DNA of 32,000 bases, taken from assembly GCA_022564515.1 (NCBI GenBank), contig JADFLH010000001.1:40917-72916 (forward strand). The letters run 5' to 3'. Below the pieces are notes generated by a model that saw only the letters and a program-made list of their open reading frames with translations, made no database searches and was not told the origin of the DNA. Below, piece after piece: positions 31,862 to 32,000 of this stretch. This DNA is from Nitrososphaerota archaeon (GTDB lineage: Archaea > Thermoproteota > Nitrososphaeria > Nitrososphaerales > Nitrosopumilaceae). Every line of letters begins with the position of its first letter. Within the stretch, counting starts at the first letter, position 1. Position numbers and translations under genes: made by a program.

Positions 31862-32000
31862 TATCCAGTTCTTTGCCTTTCTCGATTTATTTCGTTTTTT
31901 CTAACATATTCTTCTAGAATATCATCCGGAGTTAAATCGAGTTCTATTGATGCTTGAATTACAAAATGCCAGATATCAACTAACTCCTCTTTTGCCTCAT
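31858..32000 (-). CDS. 3' end of an all-alpha NTP pyrophosphohydrolase (MazG / dimeric dUTPase-like), cut by the window edge
   Basis: The reverse strand reads ...EAKEELVDIWHFVIQASIELDLTPDDILEEYVRKNEINRERQRTGY*. The EExxD plus K/RxxxNxxR pattern is MazG-like. Confidence 0.45.
   Translation of the reverse strand, partial: EAKEELVDIWHFVIQASIELDLTPDDILEEYVRKNEINRERQRTGY

Noticed and set aside
1-32000. Search for mobile elements, integrases, toxin-antitoxin pairs, restriction-modification or other defence genes, and for rRNA/tRNA genes
   Set aside because: I saw none. There are no transposase, integrase or nuclease signatures, no terminal inverted repeats flanking gene blocks, and no GC-rich structured islands typical of tRNA/rRNA in an AT-rich genome. 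The AbrB-like gene has no toxin partner.

Overview
AT-rich, tightly packed archaeal chromosome segment. The gene content points to an ammonia-oxidising thaumarchaeon of the Nitrosopumilus type (Nitrososphaerota): Orc1/Cdc6, PolD small subunit, TFB, TFS, Rpo11/RpoL, PCNA, Cdc48, several cupredoxin-domain proteins, cobamide genes and an MtrA-like protein. This assignment is inference only. I support about 44 protein-coding genes, including 4 short ORFs below the 60-aa cutoff of the supplied track and one gene relic. I found no rRNA, tRNA, CRISPR array, transposase, integrase or recognisable defence system. The clearest non-coding feature is a predicted replication origin at about 860-1445, just upstream of orc1/cdc6. 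It has two perfect 33-bp ORB-type repeats, an inverted mini-ORB and an AT-rich unwinding region. The rest is mostly housekeeping: replication, transcription, proteostasis (hsp20-cdc48), cbiE/cbiH, lysC and tyrS, mixed with lineage-specific secreted or membrane proteins. My best candidates for something undescribed are all unverified inference. (1) A minus-strand trio at 22368-23249 in which a 178-aa unknown protein is followed by two tandem paralogous mini-proteins of 50 and 48 aa that the ORF track misses. (2) A J-domain protein with HSD in place of HPD and a long beta-strand-rich tail, divergent from an unlisted CxxC...CxxC mini-protein. (3) A soluble MtrA-like protein translationally coupled to a DegT-type aminotransferase. 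(4) A pair of cupredoxin paralogues, one of which has lost three of its four copper ligands. Genome-style observations include frequent forced TTG/GTG starts and repeated sharing of a 4-nt CTAA/TTAG stop at convergent gene junctions. All family assignments come from motif recognition by eye; no database search was possible.
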